60,078 nucleotides of DNA, from the NCBI GenBank assembly GCA_023481285.1, contig JAMCWL010000071.1, forward strand, positions 1 to 60,078, in the 5' to 3' direction. This DNA is from Actinomycetota bacterium (lineage in GTDB: Bacteria; Actinomycetota; Aquicultoria; Aquicultorales; JAMCWL01). This document shows positions 45,681-57,704 of the stretch, piece after piece (position 1 is the stretch's first letter; the number at the start of each line of letters is the position of its first letter). Below the pieces are notes generated by a model. The model did not search any database. It had not been told where the DNA came from and was given only the letters and a program-made list of their open reading frames with translations. A program made the translations under genes and the position numbers.

Positions 45681-46435
45681 GTTTCCGCTTTCTTCCTAAA
45701 TACTTCATACATTAGCAGGGCTCCTGCCACACTGACGTTTAGAGAGGAAACTTTCCCCATCATTGGGATGCGGACGAGCAAATCGCATTTCTCCCTGACA
45801 AGACGGGATAAACCCTCACCTTCGCTACCCAGAACGAGGAGCGCCTTGCGGCCTAAATCGGCTTGGAAAAGAGTGAGCTCCGCCTTGGCGTCCGCGCCGT
45901 AAACCCAGAAGCCGGCCCTTTTGACCTCTTCAAGGGCGCTTACGAGGTTTCCCACCCGGGTGATCCTTATGTGCTCAACGGCCCCCGCCGACGCTTTATA
46001 GACGGTCGTGGAGATGGGCGCCGACCGCCTTTTTGGCAATATCACCGCCGTCACCCCGGTCGCCTCAGCCGTCCGGATGAGCGCTCCCACGTTGTGGGGG
46101 TCCGTAATACCGTCGAGTGCCAGAAGAAGGGCTTCTTCCACGCCCTTAAGTCCGGCGAGCACATCCGGGAGTTCGGCGAATCGATATGGCTCAACTAAAG
46201 CGACGACGCCCTGATGGACGCCGCCTCCGGTCAGATCATCGATCGTGCGCCGCTCTACCCTTGTAACTTCGACTCCCTTGGCCTGCGCCAGAGCCCCGAT
46301 TTCACCGACGACCGGGTGCGGCTTAAGGCCCTTCGCCAGGATGATCTTTTTTACCGGCCGCTCCCCATTCAGAAGCTCAAGAACGCCGCGCCGACCCGCA
46401 ACGATGTTCACTCTTACTTCCCTCTGATCCGCCAC
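45677..46435 (-). CDS. rlmB: 23S rRNA (G2251-2'-O)-methyltransferase RlmB
   Basis: HQGVVA, DPHNVGA, GSEGEG and SLNVSVA motifs. Confidence 0.92.
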   Translation of the reverse strand: MADQREVRVNIVAGRRGVLELLNGERPVKKIILAKGLKPHPVVGEIGALAQAKGVEVTRVERRTIDDLTGGGVHQGVVALVEPYRFAELPDVLAGLKGVEEALLLALDGITDPHNVGALIRTAEATGVTAVILPKRRSAPISTTVYKASAGAVEHIRITRVGNLVSALEEVKRAGFWVYGADAKAELTLFQADLGRKALLVLGSEGEGLSRLVREKCDLLVRIPMMGKVSSLNVSVAGALLMYEVFRKKAET

Positions 46436-47931
46436 TCCGGACCGGCCGGCGTGTCCTCGATTTCGATACCCATATCGACCAGGCCTTTTCTAATAAAATC
46501 AGCCGTCACCCAATCCTTTTTCGACCTGGCGACCTCTCTTAAGGCCAGCACCTGGTCAATCAACTCGCGCTTCGAGGCCCCGACGACGTCCGCCTTTAGA
46601 ACTTCGGCGGCCAGAGTGTAGACGGCCTCCGGCAGCAAATCTTCCACATCCTCTTCTTCTGGAAGCTTTATCTCAAGGCCCAACGCTCCGGTAAGCTCGA
46701 AGAGGACTCCCCGGGCGTCCTCCAGCGCGTCGCGCGCTTCCATCGAGAGGGCGGCGTCATGCCCCTCCAGAAACATATTGATCTCTTTTACGAGCTCAAA
46801 GATGGACGCAAGGGCGGCGGCCGTGTTGAAGTCATCGTCCATCGCCGCACCGAATTCCTCTCTTGCTCGTCGAGAGGCGCTCGAGAGAGCATTGACCGCT
46901 TGAGGGTTTTCCCCAAACGAAGAGGCTGTTGTGGAGTCGAGTCGGCGCTCGATCCGGCGCACCGCATTTACCACCCTGTCATAGGCGGCGGTCGCTTCTT
47001 TAATCTTATCCGGGCCGAAATCGATCGGGCTCCGGTAGTGGGTTGAGAGGGCAAGAAGCCTCAAAACGTCCTTCCCGTGTTCGGCCAGTAGATCGCGAAC
47101 GAGGATCACGTTACCGAGCGACTTGGCCATCTTCTCCTCGCCGATGTTGACCATCCCGCCATGCAACCAGTACTTGACGAAAGAGCCCCCGGCGCTCGCC
47201 CCTTCAGACTGAGCAATCTCATTCTCGTGATGGGGGAATATCAGGTCTTGGCCTCCACCGTGAATGTCGAAGCCCATCCCAAGGTACTTTTCGGACATGG
47301 CCGAGCACTCGATATGCCAGCCGGGCCTTCCCGTACCCCACGGCGAGTCCCAATGGGGCTCTCCCGGTTTTGAAGACTTCCAGAGCGCAAAGTCCATCGG
47401 GTGGCGCTTACGGGGATCGACGTCGACGCGCTCTCCGGCCCTCATGTCCTCGAGGGTCCGGTTGGCAAGCTTGCCGTAACCGGGGAACTTCGTTACTTCG
47501 AAGTAGACGTCGCCGTCGACGGCGTAGGCCAGATCCTTTTCAATCAAGCGCTTGATTATCGAGATCATCTCCCGAATGTGCTCGGTAGCCTTGGGCTCTA
47601 CAGTGGGCTTGGCAAGCCCTAGACCTTTGGCGTCCTCGTGGAAAGCGCGGGTGAAGCGCTCGGCTATCTCAGCGGGCTCGACGCCCTCTTCTTTGGCTTT
47701 GTTGATGATCTTGTCTTCGACGTCGGTGATGTTGCGGACGTAGACCACGTCGTGGCCGCCGTACTTGAGGTAGCGGTAGATCACGTCGAAGGAGAGATAG
47801 GTGCGGGCGTTGCCGACATGGATGTAGTTATAGACGGTCGGGCCGCAGACGTACATGCCGACGCGAGCGGGTTCTCGCGGCGTAAAATCCTCTTTTCGCC
47901 TGGTAAGAGTATTAAAGACTCTTAAGGCCAT
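46414..47931 (-). CDS. cysS: Cysteine--tRNA ligase
   Basis: MYVCGPTVY, HVGN, GRPGWHIECSAM and KMAKS motifs. Confidence 0.97.
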   Translation of the reverse strand: MALRVFNTLTRRKEDFTPREPARVGMYVCGPTVYNYIHVGNARTYLSFDVIYRYLKYGGHDVVYVRNITDVEDKIINKAKEEGVEPAEIAERFTRAFHEDAKGLGLAKPTVEPKATEHIREMISIIKRLIEKDLAYAVDGDVYFEVTKFPGYGKLANRTLEDMRAGERVDVDPRKRHPMDFALWKSSKPGEPHWDSPWGTGRPGWHIECSAMSEKYLGMGFDIHGGGQDLIFPHHENEIAQSEGASAGGSFVKYWLHGGMVNIGEEKMAKSLGNVILVRDLLAEHGKDVLRLLALSTHYRSPIDFGPDKIKEATAAYDRVVNAVRRIERRLDSTTASSFGENPQAVNALSSASRRAREEFGAAMDDDFNTAAALASIFELVKEINMFLEGHDAALSMEARDALEDARGVLFELTGALGLEIKLPEEEDVEDLLPEAVYTLAAEVLKADVVGASKRELIDQVLALREVARSKKDWVTADFIRKGLVDMGIEIEDTPAGPEWRIRGK

Positions 47932-47934
47932 GTT

Positions 47935-49413
47935 TTAATCCTCCGACTCCTCGCTCAAAAGTTCGTTTGCCAGATCATACGAGCGACTTAATCGCTGAAA
48001 GACTTCGTCTTTGCCCAATAGCACGATCGTACGGATCAGGTCCGGCCCGACATTCTGACCGGTAAGCGCGACGCGCATGGGGTGGAAGAGCTCTCGCCCG
48101 CGGATGCCGAGGGGCTTGAAGCTCTCCCGCATCGAGGCGAGAACGCCCTCAGCGCCCTCCAGGTCAAGCTCGTCGGTAGCCACGACGAGGGAACGAAACG
48201 CGTCCAGCACCTGTGGAACATATCCCTTCGCGAGCTCCTCTTTGGCTTCTTCCTGCACCTCGAACGGGCCGAGGAATATTCTAGCATAGGTGGGAATGTC
48301 AACGAGCAGAATCGAGTTTTCGCGGGCGGCGTCGACGGCTTTGACGACGAGTTCGAAATCGTCGACTGGAAGACCGGCCCTTTCAAGAAATGGTATGGCA
48401 AGCCGGGCGACCTGGTCCGGCGGGGTGGCGCGCAAATGCCGGCCGTTAAACCAGTCAAGTCTTGAACGCTCGAATGTCACAGGCGATTTATTGACCTTCT
48501 CGAGCTCAAAAGCGTCGGCTACTTCCTCCAATCCCAGGATTTCCCCGGAGGGTGGCGTCCAACCGAGGAGAGCGAGGTAATTATTGAGCGCCTCCGGCAG
48601 ATAACCCGCTTCGCGGTATTCGAAGACGGAGACGGCGCCGTGCCTTTTTGAGAGCTTTGCGCCATCCTCGCCGACGATGAGCCCGAAGTGAGCGAAGAGG
48701 GGAGCTCGATAGCCGAGCGCTTCGAAGAGTGGAACGTGCCGGACCGAGTTGGGCAAGTGATCGTTTCCTCGGATGACATGGGTGATTTCCATTTCGCCGT
48801 CGTCTACGACGACTGCAAAGTGAAAACCAGCGCCGCCATCGGAGCGCTGGATGATGAAATCACCGACCTCCGACCCGTCGAACTCAACCTCTCCGTGGAG
48901 GACGTCGCTGACGGTGATTTTCTTCTCGGGCATGCGGAACCTTAAAGTCGGCTTCCGCCCTTCGGCCAAGAATCTCTCAATCTGAGCCTGGGAAATATCC
49001 CGGCAGGTGCCCTCGTAACGAGGGGGCCTGCCGGCGGCCAATTGCTTCTCGCGGCTCTCTTCGAGCTCGTCAGGAGTGCAAAAGCAATTATAAGCAAGCC
49101 CCTTCCTCAGAAGATCATCGGCCTTCGCACGATAGAGTTCGCCCCGTTCGCTCTGCCGGTAGGGCCCATAGCCGCCGCCGATATCCGGACCCTCGTCCCA
49201 ATTCAACCCCAACCAGGCAAGCTGCTCGATAATCGATTTCTCGAAAAGCAATGTCGATCTGCTCCGGTCCGTGTCCTCGATGCGAAGAAGAAAATCGCCC
49301 TCGTTATGCCTGGCAAATAGCCAGTTAAAGAGGGCGGTTCTGGCCGATCCGATATGCAGATGACCCGTGGGGCTGGGAGCGAAACGCACCCGCACTCTAT
49401 TATTTTCAACCAT
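47935..49413 (-). CDS. gltX: Glutamate--tRNA ligase
   Basis: RFAPSPTGHLHIG and KLSKR motifs. Confidence 0.97.
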   Translation of the reverse strand: MVENNRVRVRFAPSPTGHLHIGSARTALFNWLFARHNEGDFLLRIEDTDRSRSTLLFEKSIIEQLAWLGLNWDEGPDIGGGYGPYRQSERGELYRAKADDLLRKGLAYNCFCTPDELEESREKQLAAGRPPRYEGTCRDISQAQIERFLAEGRKPTLRFRMPEKKITVSDVLHGEVEFDGSEVGDFIIQRSDGGAGFHFAVVVDDGEMEITHVIRGNDHLPNSVRHVPLFEALGYRAPLFAHFGLIVGEDGAKLSKRHGAVSVFEYREAGYLPEALNNYLALLGWTPPSGEILGLEEVADAFELEKVNKSPVTFERSRLDWFNGRHLRATPPDQVARLAIPFLERAGLPVDDFELVVKAVDAARENSILLVDIPTYARIFLGPFEVQEEAKEELAKGYVPQVLDAFRSLVVATDELDLEGAEGVLASMRESFKPLGIRGRELFHPMRVALTGQNVGPDLIRTIVLLGKDEVFQRLSRSYDLANELLSEESED

Positions 49414-49481
49414 CGCCAGCGGAATCGCCTCCTAAACCGACCCCTACCCTGAAAATACGACCGCCGACCGCCGCTAAACCG

Positions 49482-49511
49482 AAAAAGTAAGGCGCGCTCC
49501 CCGAGCGCGCC
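49482..49511 (-). terminator. Intrinsic terminator-like hairpin between ispF and gltX
   Basis: Minus strand GGCGCGCTC-GGG-GAGCGCGCC followed by TTACTTTTT. Confidence 0.65.
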
Positions 49512-49613
49512 GCCATGCACACGGCCGAGGACCTTCTGTCGGCCCGTTCGGGGAACGGGTCCTCAATTTTCATTGCCATGACGGTGCCTGCCAGTTGCTA
49601 CTTGCTACTTGCC

Positions 49614-50084
49614 TTACCCTTCAAGCAAGACGACCGCATATGCTGCTATACCCTCTCCTCGGCCGGTGAATCCCATCCCCTCGCTCGTCTTCGCCTTAAC
49701 GCTCACCCGGTCGAAGGGAAGCAAAAGCGCCTCCGCGATGCACTCTCTAATCCTGTCGCGGTGGGCGCGCAAGCTCGGTTCTTGCAGGATTACGACTGAA
49801 TCGACACCGGAGAGGGTGAACCCCTTATCTTCAACTACATTCCGCGTCAAAGCTAAGAGCTTGAGACTTGATATCCCTCGATACGCCGGATCGGCGTCCG
49901 GGAAGTGCTCGCCGATATCGCCGGCGGCGGCGGCGCCGAGCATCGCGTCGATTATCGCGTGAAGAAGCACGTCGGCATCGGACCAACCTTCAAGGCCAAG
50001 CCGGTACGGGATCTCAACGCCCCCGAGGACCAGAGGTCGCCCCTCAACTAAACGATGTGCGTCATACCCGATGCCCACCCGCAT
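49614..50084 (-). CDS. ispF: 2-C-methyl-D-erythritol 2,4-cyclodiphosphate synthase
   Basis: RVGIGYDAH, SDADV, GDIGEHFP and KAKTSE motifs. Confidence 0.96.
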   Translation of the reverse strand: MRVGIGYDAHRLVEGRPLVLGGVEIPYRLGLEGWSDADVLLHAIIDAMLGAAAAGDIGEHFPDADPAYRGISSLKLLALTRNVVEDKGFTLSGVDSVVILQEPSLRAHRDRIRECIAEALLLPFDRVSVKAKTSEGMGFTGRGEGIAAYAVVLLEG

Positions 50085-50113
50085 GATCAGCTCCTAATTG
50101 GAAACGACAACTT

Positions 50114-50827
50114 CTACGGCGGTCGGCGGTCGGCGGTCGGCGGTCGTTTCTTGGCCGCCAATATCGCTTCCGCGATCACCAAGTCCGATAGTGTCGTTAT
50201 CTTGATATTCTCATCGCTTCCCGGTACTAGCCGAATGCGCCCGCCCAACCTCTCGACAAGTGAAGCGTCGTCGGTGCCGAGGAAATCTTCCAGTTCTGCT
50301 CTCTCGTGAGCTTCGCGAATGACGTCCACCTGAAAGACCTGGGGCGTTTGCGCCAACCAGACCTCCTTCCGGTCGAGGGTTTTCACGATCATTTCGCCGG
50401 AGACCATCTTCGGCGTGTCCTTCAACGGGACGGCGGCCACCGTTCCCTCCCAGCCGGAAAGCGCGTTGAAACAGGCGTCGATCAAGCCGGGGGTCACCAG
50501 AGGACGGGCGCCATCGTGGATCGCGACGACGCTCGCATCTCTCGGAAGAGCGGCCAGCCCCCTGGCGACGGAGTCTTGCCGCTCGACTCCACCACCGACG
50601 ACCTTGGCCACCTTGCCCAGCCCAAACTTCTGGACGATCTCCCTTTGACAGAAATCAACGTCGTTCCGGTTGACGACGACTACTGTAGACTCGACCGATG
50701 GGGCCAACTCAAAGGCGCGGATCGTATGGACGAGCAAAGGCACCCCAGCCAGAGGAAAGTACTGCTTTCCTTCCGGGACGCCCATGCGGACGCCGAACCC
50801 GGCCGCTGCGATCACCGCCACCCTCAC
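50114..50827 (-). CDS. ispD: 2-C-methyl-D-erythritol 4-phosphate cytidylyltransferase
   Basis: AAAGFGVRM, RQDSV, HDGARP, QTPQ and TDD motifs. Confidence 0.96.
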   Translation of the reverse strand: MRVAVIAAAGFGVRMGVPEGKQYFPLAGVPLLVHTIRAFELAPSVESTVVVVNRNDVDFCQREIVQKFGLGKVAKVVGGGVERQDSVARGLAALPRDASVVAIHDGARPLVTPGLIDACFNALSGWEGTVAAVPLKDTPKMVSGEMIVKTLDRKEVWLAQTPQVFQVDVIREAHERAELEDFLGTDDASLVERLGGRIRLVPGSDENIKITTLSDLVIAEAILAAKKRPPTADRRPP

Positions 50828-50830
50828 GCC

Positions 50831-51907
50831 CTACTCCTTCAACTTGCTAAAGATCATGCGACCAGCCGGCGTCTGAAGGACGCTGGTCACGAGGACCTCA
50901 ACCTCTCGCCCAACATGCGTCTTTCCGCCGTCGACAACGACCATCGTCCCATCGTCCAGATAGCCGACCCCTTGACCAACCTCCTTGCCCTCGCGGATCA
51001 GATCAACAACCATATTCTCGCCGGGAAGAACGACGGGTCGCAAAGCATCGGCAACCTCATTCAGGTTGAGAACCGGCGTTCCTTGAAGGTCGGCCACCTT
51101 ATTGAGATTATAGTCGTTCGTGACGATAACGCCGCCATTGTTCAGGGCCAGCCTGACGAGCTTGGCGTCAACATCCGAGAGTTCCGGATAATCGCGCTCC
51201 AGGATTTCAAGGCGACCGTCCGATTCCCGCTGGAGCGTTTTCAGAATGTCCAGCCCGCGCCGGCCCCGGTTTCGCTTCAGTTGATCATCCGAGTCGGCTA
51301 CCATCTGCAATTCGCGCAAGACGAACCCGGGGACGACCAGCTTGCCTTCGAGAAACCCCGTCCTGACTATATCGGCTATCCTTCCATCTATTATTGCGCT
51401 GGTATCGAGGATCTTAGCCCTGGCAATTCCGCCAAGCTCGTCGATGACCGTCCCGCTCTCACCAAGCCTGCGAATGGGCACTTTGAGATCGCGACTCTTC
51501 TTGAGGGCGATGTGAACGCCAAGATATCCGAAGATGGCGAAGGCGAAGACCGCCACGGTAAATTGTAGAAAGTCGATCTTGAGGTACCCGAATGGCAAAG
51601 AAACCAGCCAGGCCAAAATGAGCCCGACTAATAGACCAGCGGTGGTGAAGACTATCTCAAAAGGGGATATCTTTTGAATTTTCGATTCAAACCAGGCGTA
51701 AGTTTTGACCAGCCGACGCCCGACGATGCCTCCGACCACGTAGCCGACGCCCGCGCCGATTATGACGAAGATTATGATTGCGAGAAATTTATAATCGTTA
51801 AATGGGGCGGGCAGCGACGACAATCCCATGCCGAACTGGTAGGCACCGATGGTTCCGACGACCACGAAGATCAATCGGATAAATTCCACCATTATAATCA
51901 CCTCCAA
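50831..51907 (-). CDS. PIN/TRAM domain membrane protein (YacL-like)
   Basis: DTSAIIDGR, TNDYNLNKVA and QGVGYLDDGTMVVV motifs. Confidence 0.92.
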   Translation of the reverse strand: MEVIIMVEFIRLIFVVVGTIGAYQFGMGLSSLPAPFNDYKFLAIIIFVIIGAGVGYVVGGIVGRRLVKTYAWFESKIQKISPFEIVFTTAGLLVGLILAWLVSLPFGYLKIDFLQFTVAVFAFAIFGYLGVHIALKKSRDLKVPIRRLGESGTVIDELGGIARAKILDTSAIIDGRIADIVRTGFLEGKLVVPGFVLRELQMVADSDDQLKRNRGRRGLDILKTLQRESDGRLEILERDYPELSDVDAKLVRLALNNGGVIVTNDYNLNKVADLQGTPVLNLNEVADALRPVVLPGENMVVDLIREGKEVGQGVGYLDDGTMVVVDGGKTHVGREVEVLVTSVLQTPAGRMIFSKLKE

Positions 51908-51980
51908 TTATGATGTAGTCGGTCTTTTATCAAGCACCTCCTCGCTGTGGAATTTATGATATATCGATACGATAAATTTT

Positions 51981-53051
51981 TTAGATGTATCTCTCTAAAA
52001 TATTGTACTCTTTGAGCCTTTGCAGTCCGTCGGCGATCGCTTGAGCGCGCATCGGGCCGACGCCGTCGACGGCGTCAAGCTCTTCGAGCGAAGCCCCCAT
52101 GACCCTTTTGAGGTCGTGGAACCTTTCGACAATGCGGTCGACCACCGCCATCGGCAGGCGGGGGATCTTGGAGAGCAGCCGGTATCCGCGAGCATGCACG
52201 GGCTGTTCGAGATCTGCCATGTCGTACCCGAGCAGGCGGCTTATGGCCGTCACATCAAGCAACGCTTCAGCCGAGAGATTCGACACCCCGGCCTGGACGT
52301 CCGCCGCCTTTTCAACATCGGTCGCATAATCCCTTACCAGCATAAGCGTCTGGAATTCAATGTTTCCAACCAGTTCGTCGAGCTGCATCTGTATAAGCCG
52401 CCCCTCCGTCCCCAGCTCGCTGATGTAGCGGCTTATCTCGCTCGACACCCGATGAAGCATCTCCGAGCGCTGAAGGCCCGTTACCACATCCGTTAATGTT
52501 ACGAGATCCTCAAACTCCAGTGCTGAGAGGTTTGATGAGACTTCGTCCAGGCGCACTCTGTACTTCTCCAGAGTCTGAAGGGCCTGGTTGGCTTTGGCCA
52601 GAAGCACGCGGATATCCTGGAGCGCGTACTTGAGATCGTCCAGGTAGAGAGAGATTATTTCCCGGCGCTGGGAGATGGATATGACAAAGGCCTCGGTCTG
52701 CTTCGCTACCCTTTCCGCCGTCCGGTGCCGCATGCCGGTCTCGGCGGTAAGAATCGACGGGTCGGGCACAAGGTGAACGTTGGCTCGCAATATCTTTTCC
52801 ATATTTTCGTCGACGATTATCGCGCCATCCATCTTGGCCAGCTCGAAAAGTCGCTGAGCGGTGAAGTCGGCGTCAAGAACGAAGCCCCCATTGCACAGGG
52901 GTTCAACGCCTTCGACATCCCCGACGACGATGAGCGCGCCGGTCTGAGCACTCAAAATGTGCTCGAGCCCCTCGCGCATCTCCGTGCCCGGGGCGACCTT
53001 CTGAAAGGCTTCTATCAACAATTCTTCCTTGGTGCGAGACGTGGATTGCAT
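51981..53051 (-). CDS. disA: DNA integrity scanning diadenylate cyclase DisA
   Basis: DGA and RHR motifs; C-terminal HhH. Confidence 0.95.
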   Translation of the reverse strand: MQSTSRTKEELLIEAFQKVAPGTEMREGLEHILSAQTGALIVVGDVEGVEPLCNGGFVLDADFTAQRLFELAKMDGAIIVDENMEKILRANVHLVPDPSILTAETGMRHRTAERVAKQTEAFVISISQRREIISLYLDDLKYALQDIRVLLAKANQALQTLEKYRVRLDEVSSNLSALEFEDLVTLTDVVTGLQRSEMLHRVSSEISRYISELGTEGRLIQMQLDELVGNIEFQTLMLVRDYATDVEKAADVQAGVSNLSAEALLDVTAISRLLGYDMADLEQPVHARGYRLLSKIPRLPMAVVDRIVERFHDLKRVMGASLEELDAVDGVGPMRAQAIADGLQRLKEYNILERYI

Positions 53052-53111
53052 ACAAGAGTAATTAAAACAAGGTGAGGCCAGGAAAACAAGGACTGATTTG
53101 TTTAGTACGCT

Positions 53112-54476
53112 TTACAGAAAACCGATTGCTTTTGTTAGCGTCTTTGCGGTCAGTATTTCCAGACCGATATTCCCGAACTGTTCCCCGGCTTGAGCTGGAA
53201 TGATAGCGTGCTTGAAGCCCAGCTTCGCAGCTTCTTTGAGGCGCCTTTCGAGCTGTGAAACGAAGCGGACCTCTCCGGCAAGGCCAACCTCACCTATAGC
53301 GACCATGTCAGCCGGAATAGGAATGTCCTTGTGCGCGGAGGCGACCGCGAGCGCCGCAGCCAAGTCGACCGCCGGCTCGCCAACCTTCACGCCGCCTACT
53401 GCATTGACGTAAACGTCGTCTTTGCCCAGATTCAAACCGACCCGGCGCTCAAGAACGGCGAGCGTTAGGCAGAGCCGGTTGTAATCGAGACCGGAGGTCA
53501 TCCGCCTGGGCACCGCGAGATGTGAAAGAGTAACGAGCGCCTGGAGTTCAACGACGATCGGCCTTGTCCCCTCCATCGTCGGTACGGCTATCGAACCCGT
53601 CGCTCCTTCCGGGCGCTGGCTCAGGAAGAAAGCCGACGGATCGGTCACCCCGATAAGACCTCGATCGGTCATCTCGAAAACGCCGATCTCGTTGGTCGAG
53701 CCATACCTGTTCTTGACCGCCCGGATGATCCTGAAGGATTGATGACGGTCACCCTCGAAGTAAAGTACCGTATCCACGATATGCTCGAGGAGCCTGGGAC
53801 CGGCTATCGAGCCCTCCTTGGTAACGTGACCGACGATAAAGACGGGGAGCCCGGTCCGTTTGGCCAGGCGCATAAGATGTCCGGTTGCCTCCCTAACCTG
53901 CGAGACCGAGCCGGGAGCGGACGATATGTCGGAGTCGAACATCGTCTGGATGGAGTCGACGACGAGAAGCGCCGGATTCATCTCCTCCGCACCTCTCGCT
54001 ATCTCCTTGATGTCGATCTCGGCCAAGATGAAGAGATCATGGGCGAGCGTTCCCAGTCGGCGGGCACGCACGCCTATCTGGCGAGCCGATTCCTCGCCTG
54101 AAACTAGAAGAACCGGCCCCGACTTGCGCGCCATTTCATTTGCCGCCTGGATGAGGAGGGTCGATTTACCCACGCCGGGTTCGCCGCCTATCAAGACAAG
54201 AGAGCCCGGGACCACACCGCCTCCGAGAACCCGGTCGAATTCGGCCAGGCCGGTCGGAAAGCGCTCCTCGGGCTCATCGGCGATCCCGGTGATGGGACGC
54301 GGCTCCTCACTTAAACCAATCGCCCGCCTTAGTGAAGAGGTTGGAGTCAGGTCAAGCGGCTCTTCAGCCATACTTCCCCATTCACCGCAGTCCGGACAGC
54401 GCCCGAGGGGTTTTGGTGCGGTATAGCCACAGACCTGGCAGCGGGCCACATATCGTATTTTCGCCATACAAGTCAT
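53112..54476 (-). CDS. radA: DNA repair protein RadA/Sms
   Basis: C4 zinc finger, GEPGVGKS and KNRYG motifs. Confidence 0.97.
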   Translation of the reverse strand: MTCMAKIRYVARCQVCGYTAPKPLGRCPDCGEWGSMAEEPLDLTPTSSLRRAIGLSEEPRPITGIADEPEERFPTGLAEFDRVLGGGVVPGSLVLIGGEPGVGKSTLLIQAANEMARKSGPVLLVSGEESARQIGVRARRLGTLAHDLFILAEIDIKEIARGAEEMNPALLVVDSIQTMFDSDISSAPGSVSQVREATGHLMRLAKRTGLPVFIVGHVTKEGSIAGPRLLEHIVDTVLYFEGDRHQSFRIIRAVKNRYGSTNEIGVFEMTDRGLIGVTDPSAFFLSQRPEGATGSIAVPTMEGTRPIVVELQALVTLSHLAVPRRMTSGLDYNRLCLTLAVLERRVGLNLGKDDVYVNAVGGVKVGEPAVDLAAALAVASAHKDIPIPADMVAIGEVGLAGEVRFVSQLERRLKEAAKLGFKHAIIPAQAGEQFGNIGLEILTAKTLTKAIGFL

Positions 54477-54506
54477 TTTAAGGCATCAGCCGAGAGCAGT
54501 CACTCT

Positions 54507-54544
54507 CTTGGTTTCTTGGTTTCTTGGTTTCTTGGTTTCTTGGT
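54507..54544. repeat. Octamer tandem repeat (CTTGGTTT)n
   Basis: About 4.7 perfect copies. Confidence 0.85.
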
Positions 54545-54545
54545 A

Positions 54546-54570
54546 GTAGGGGCGAGCCGGTGGCTCGCCC
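54546..54570 (+). repeat. GTAG-type REP-like palindrome, copy 1
   Basis: GTAG-GGGCGAGCC-GGT-GGCTCGCCC. Confidence 0.75.
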
Positions 54571-54789
54571 GAAACTTCGGCAACCCCATCTTGAGGGCAC
54601 CAACTGGGCCATCCAGCGGAAGATAAATCTTTATTACATCGCTACAGCAGTCGGATCCTTGCGTGCACTTAAAGTTTGGTGCATCACTCAACTATCTACT
54701 ATGGTACCAGGGTACTACGGTACTAAGAGACCAGAGGCGCCTCCAATAGGCATAGAGATTCTAAGAAAACAAAGAAACTATGAGACTAA

Positions 54790-54814
54790 GTAGGGGCACG
54801 CCGGTGGCGTGCCC
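54790..54814 (+). repeat. GTAG-type REP-like palindrome, copy 2
   Basis: GTAG-GGGCACGCC-GGT-GGCGTGCCC; two compensatory base pairs relative to copy 1. Confidence 0.75.
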
Positions 54815-54853
54815 GACCGATGATGATCAAAGAAAGATACAAGATGAGCGCGC

Positions 54854-57313
<2,460 letters not shown>

Positions 57314-57566
57314 CTTGCTTTCTCCCTTCTATTATAAAAATCGCATAAACGTGGTCCGCGACTTACATCTGCGCAGCTACAACGTGTAATATCCCCTAAA
57401 AATCTCCGAACAAACCGGCGCTATTATTTTACCATCAAAGTTAATCCCTGGAAAAACCCTCTTTTCCGAGCTCTTCGGGATATAGTTGCTTGCCTTAGGC
57501 TCACCCAGCAAACCCACCTTCGTTTAAGAAGCTTATCGGCATATCCGCAAGAACCGATTAGTTAAA

Positions 57567-57704
57567 CAGACGCTAGATACTAGATGGTAGACTTTGGACA
57601 GAGACATATTTTAAGGCCGCAGATCTCATGATGGCACAAATTCTTAAGTAATCCGGCGTCCAGTGTCTAGAGTCCGAAGTCTAGAGTCCGAAGTCTAGAG
57701 TCTG
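57567..57704. repeat. Inverted pair of degenerate heptamer arrays
   Basis: TAGAC-type units at 57567-57605 face GTCTAGA/GTCCGAA units at 57658-57704. Confidence 0.6.

Noticed and set aside
50306..51568. 420-aa plus-strand ORF and many similar overlapping ORFs
   Set aside because: Antisense shadows of conserved genes, as expected in GC-rich DNA.
57533..57560. Sigma28-like promoter (GCCGATAA, minus strand) upstream of clpC
   Set aside because: Weak -35 box and about 220 nt from the start codon; could arise by chance.
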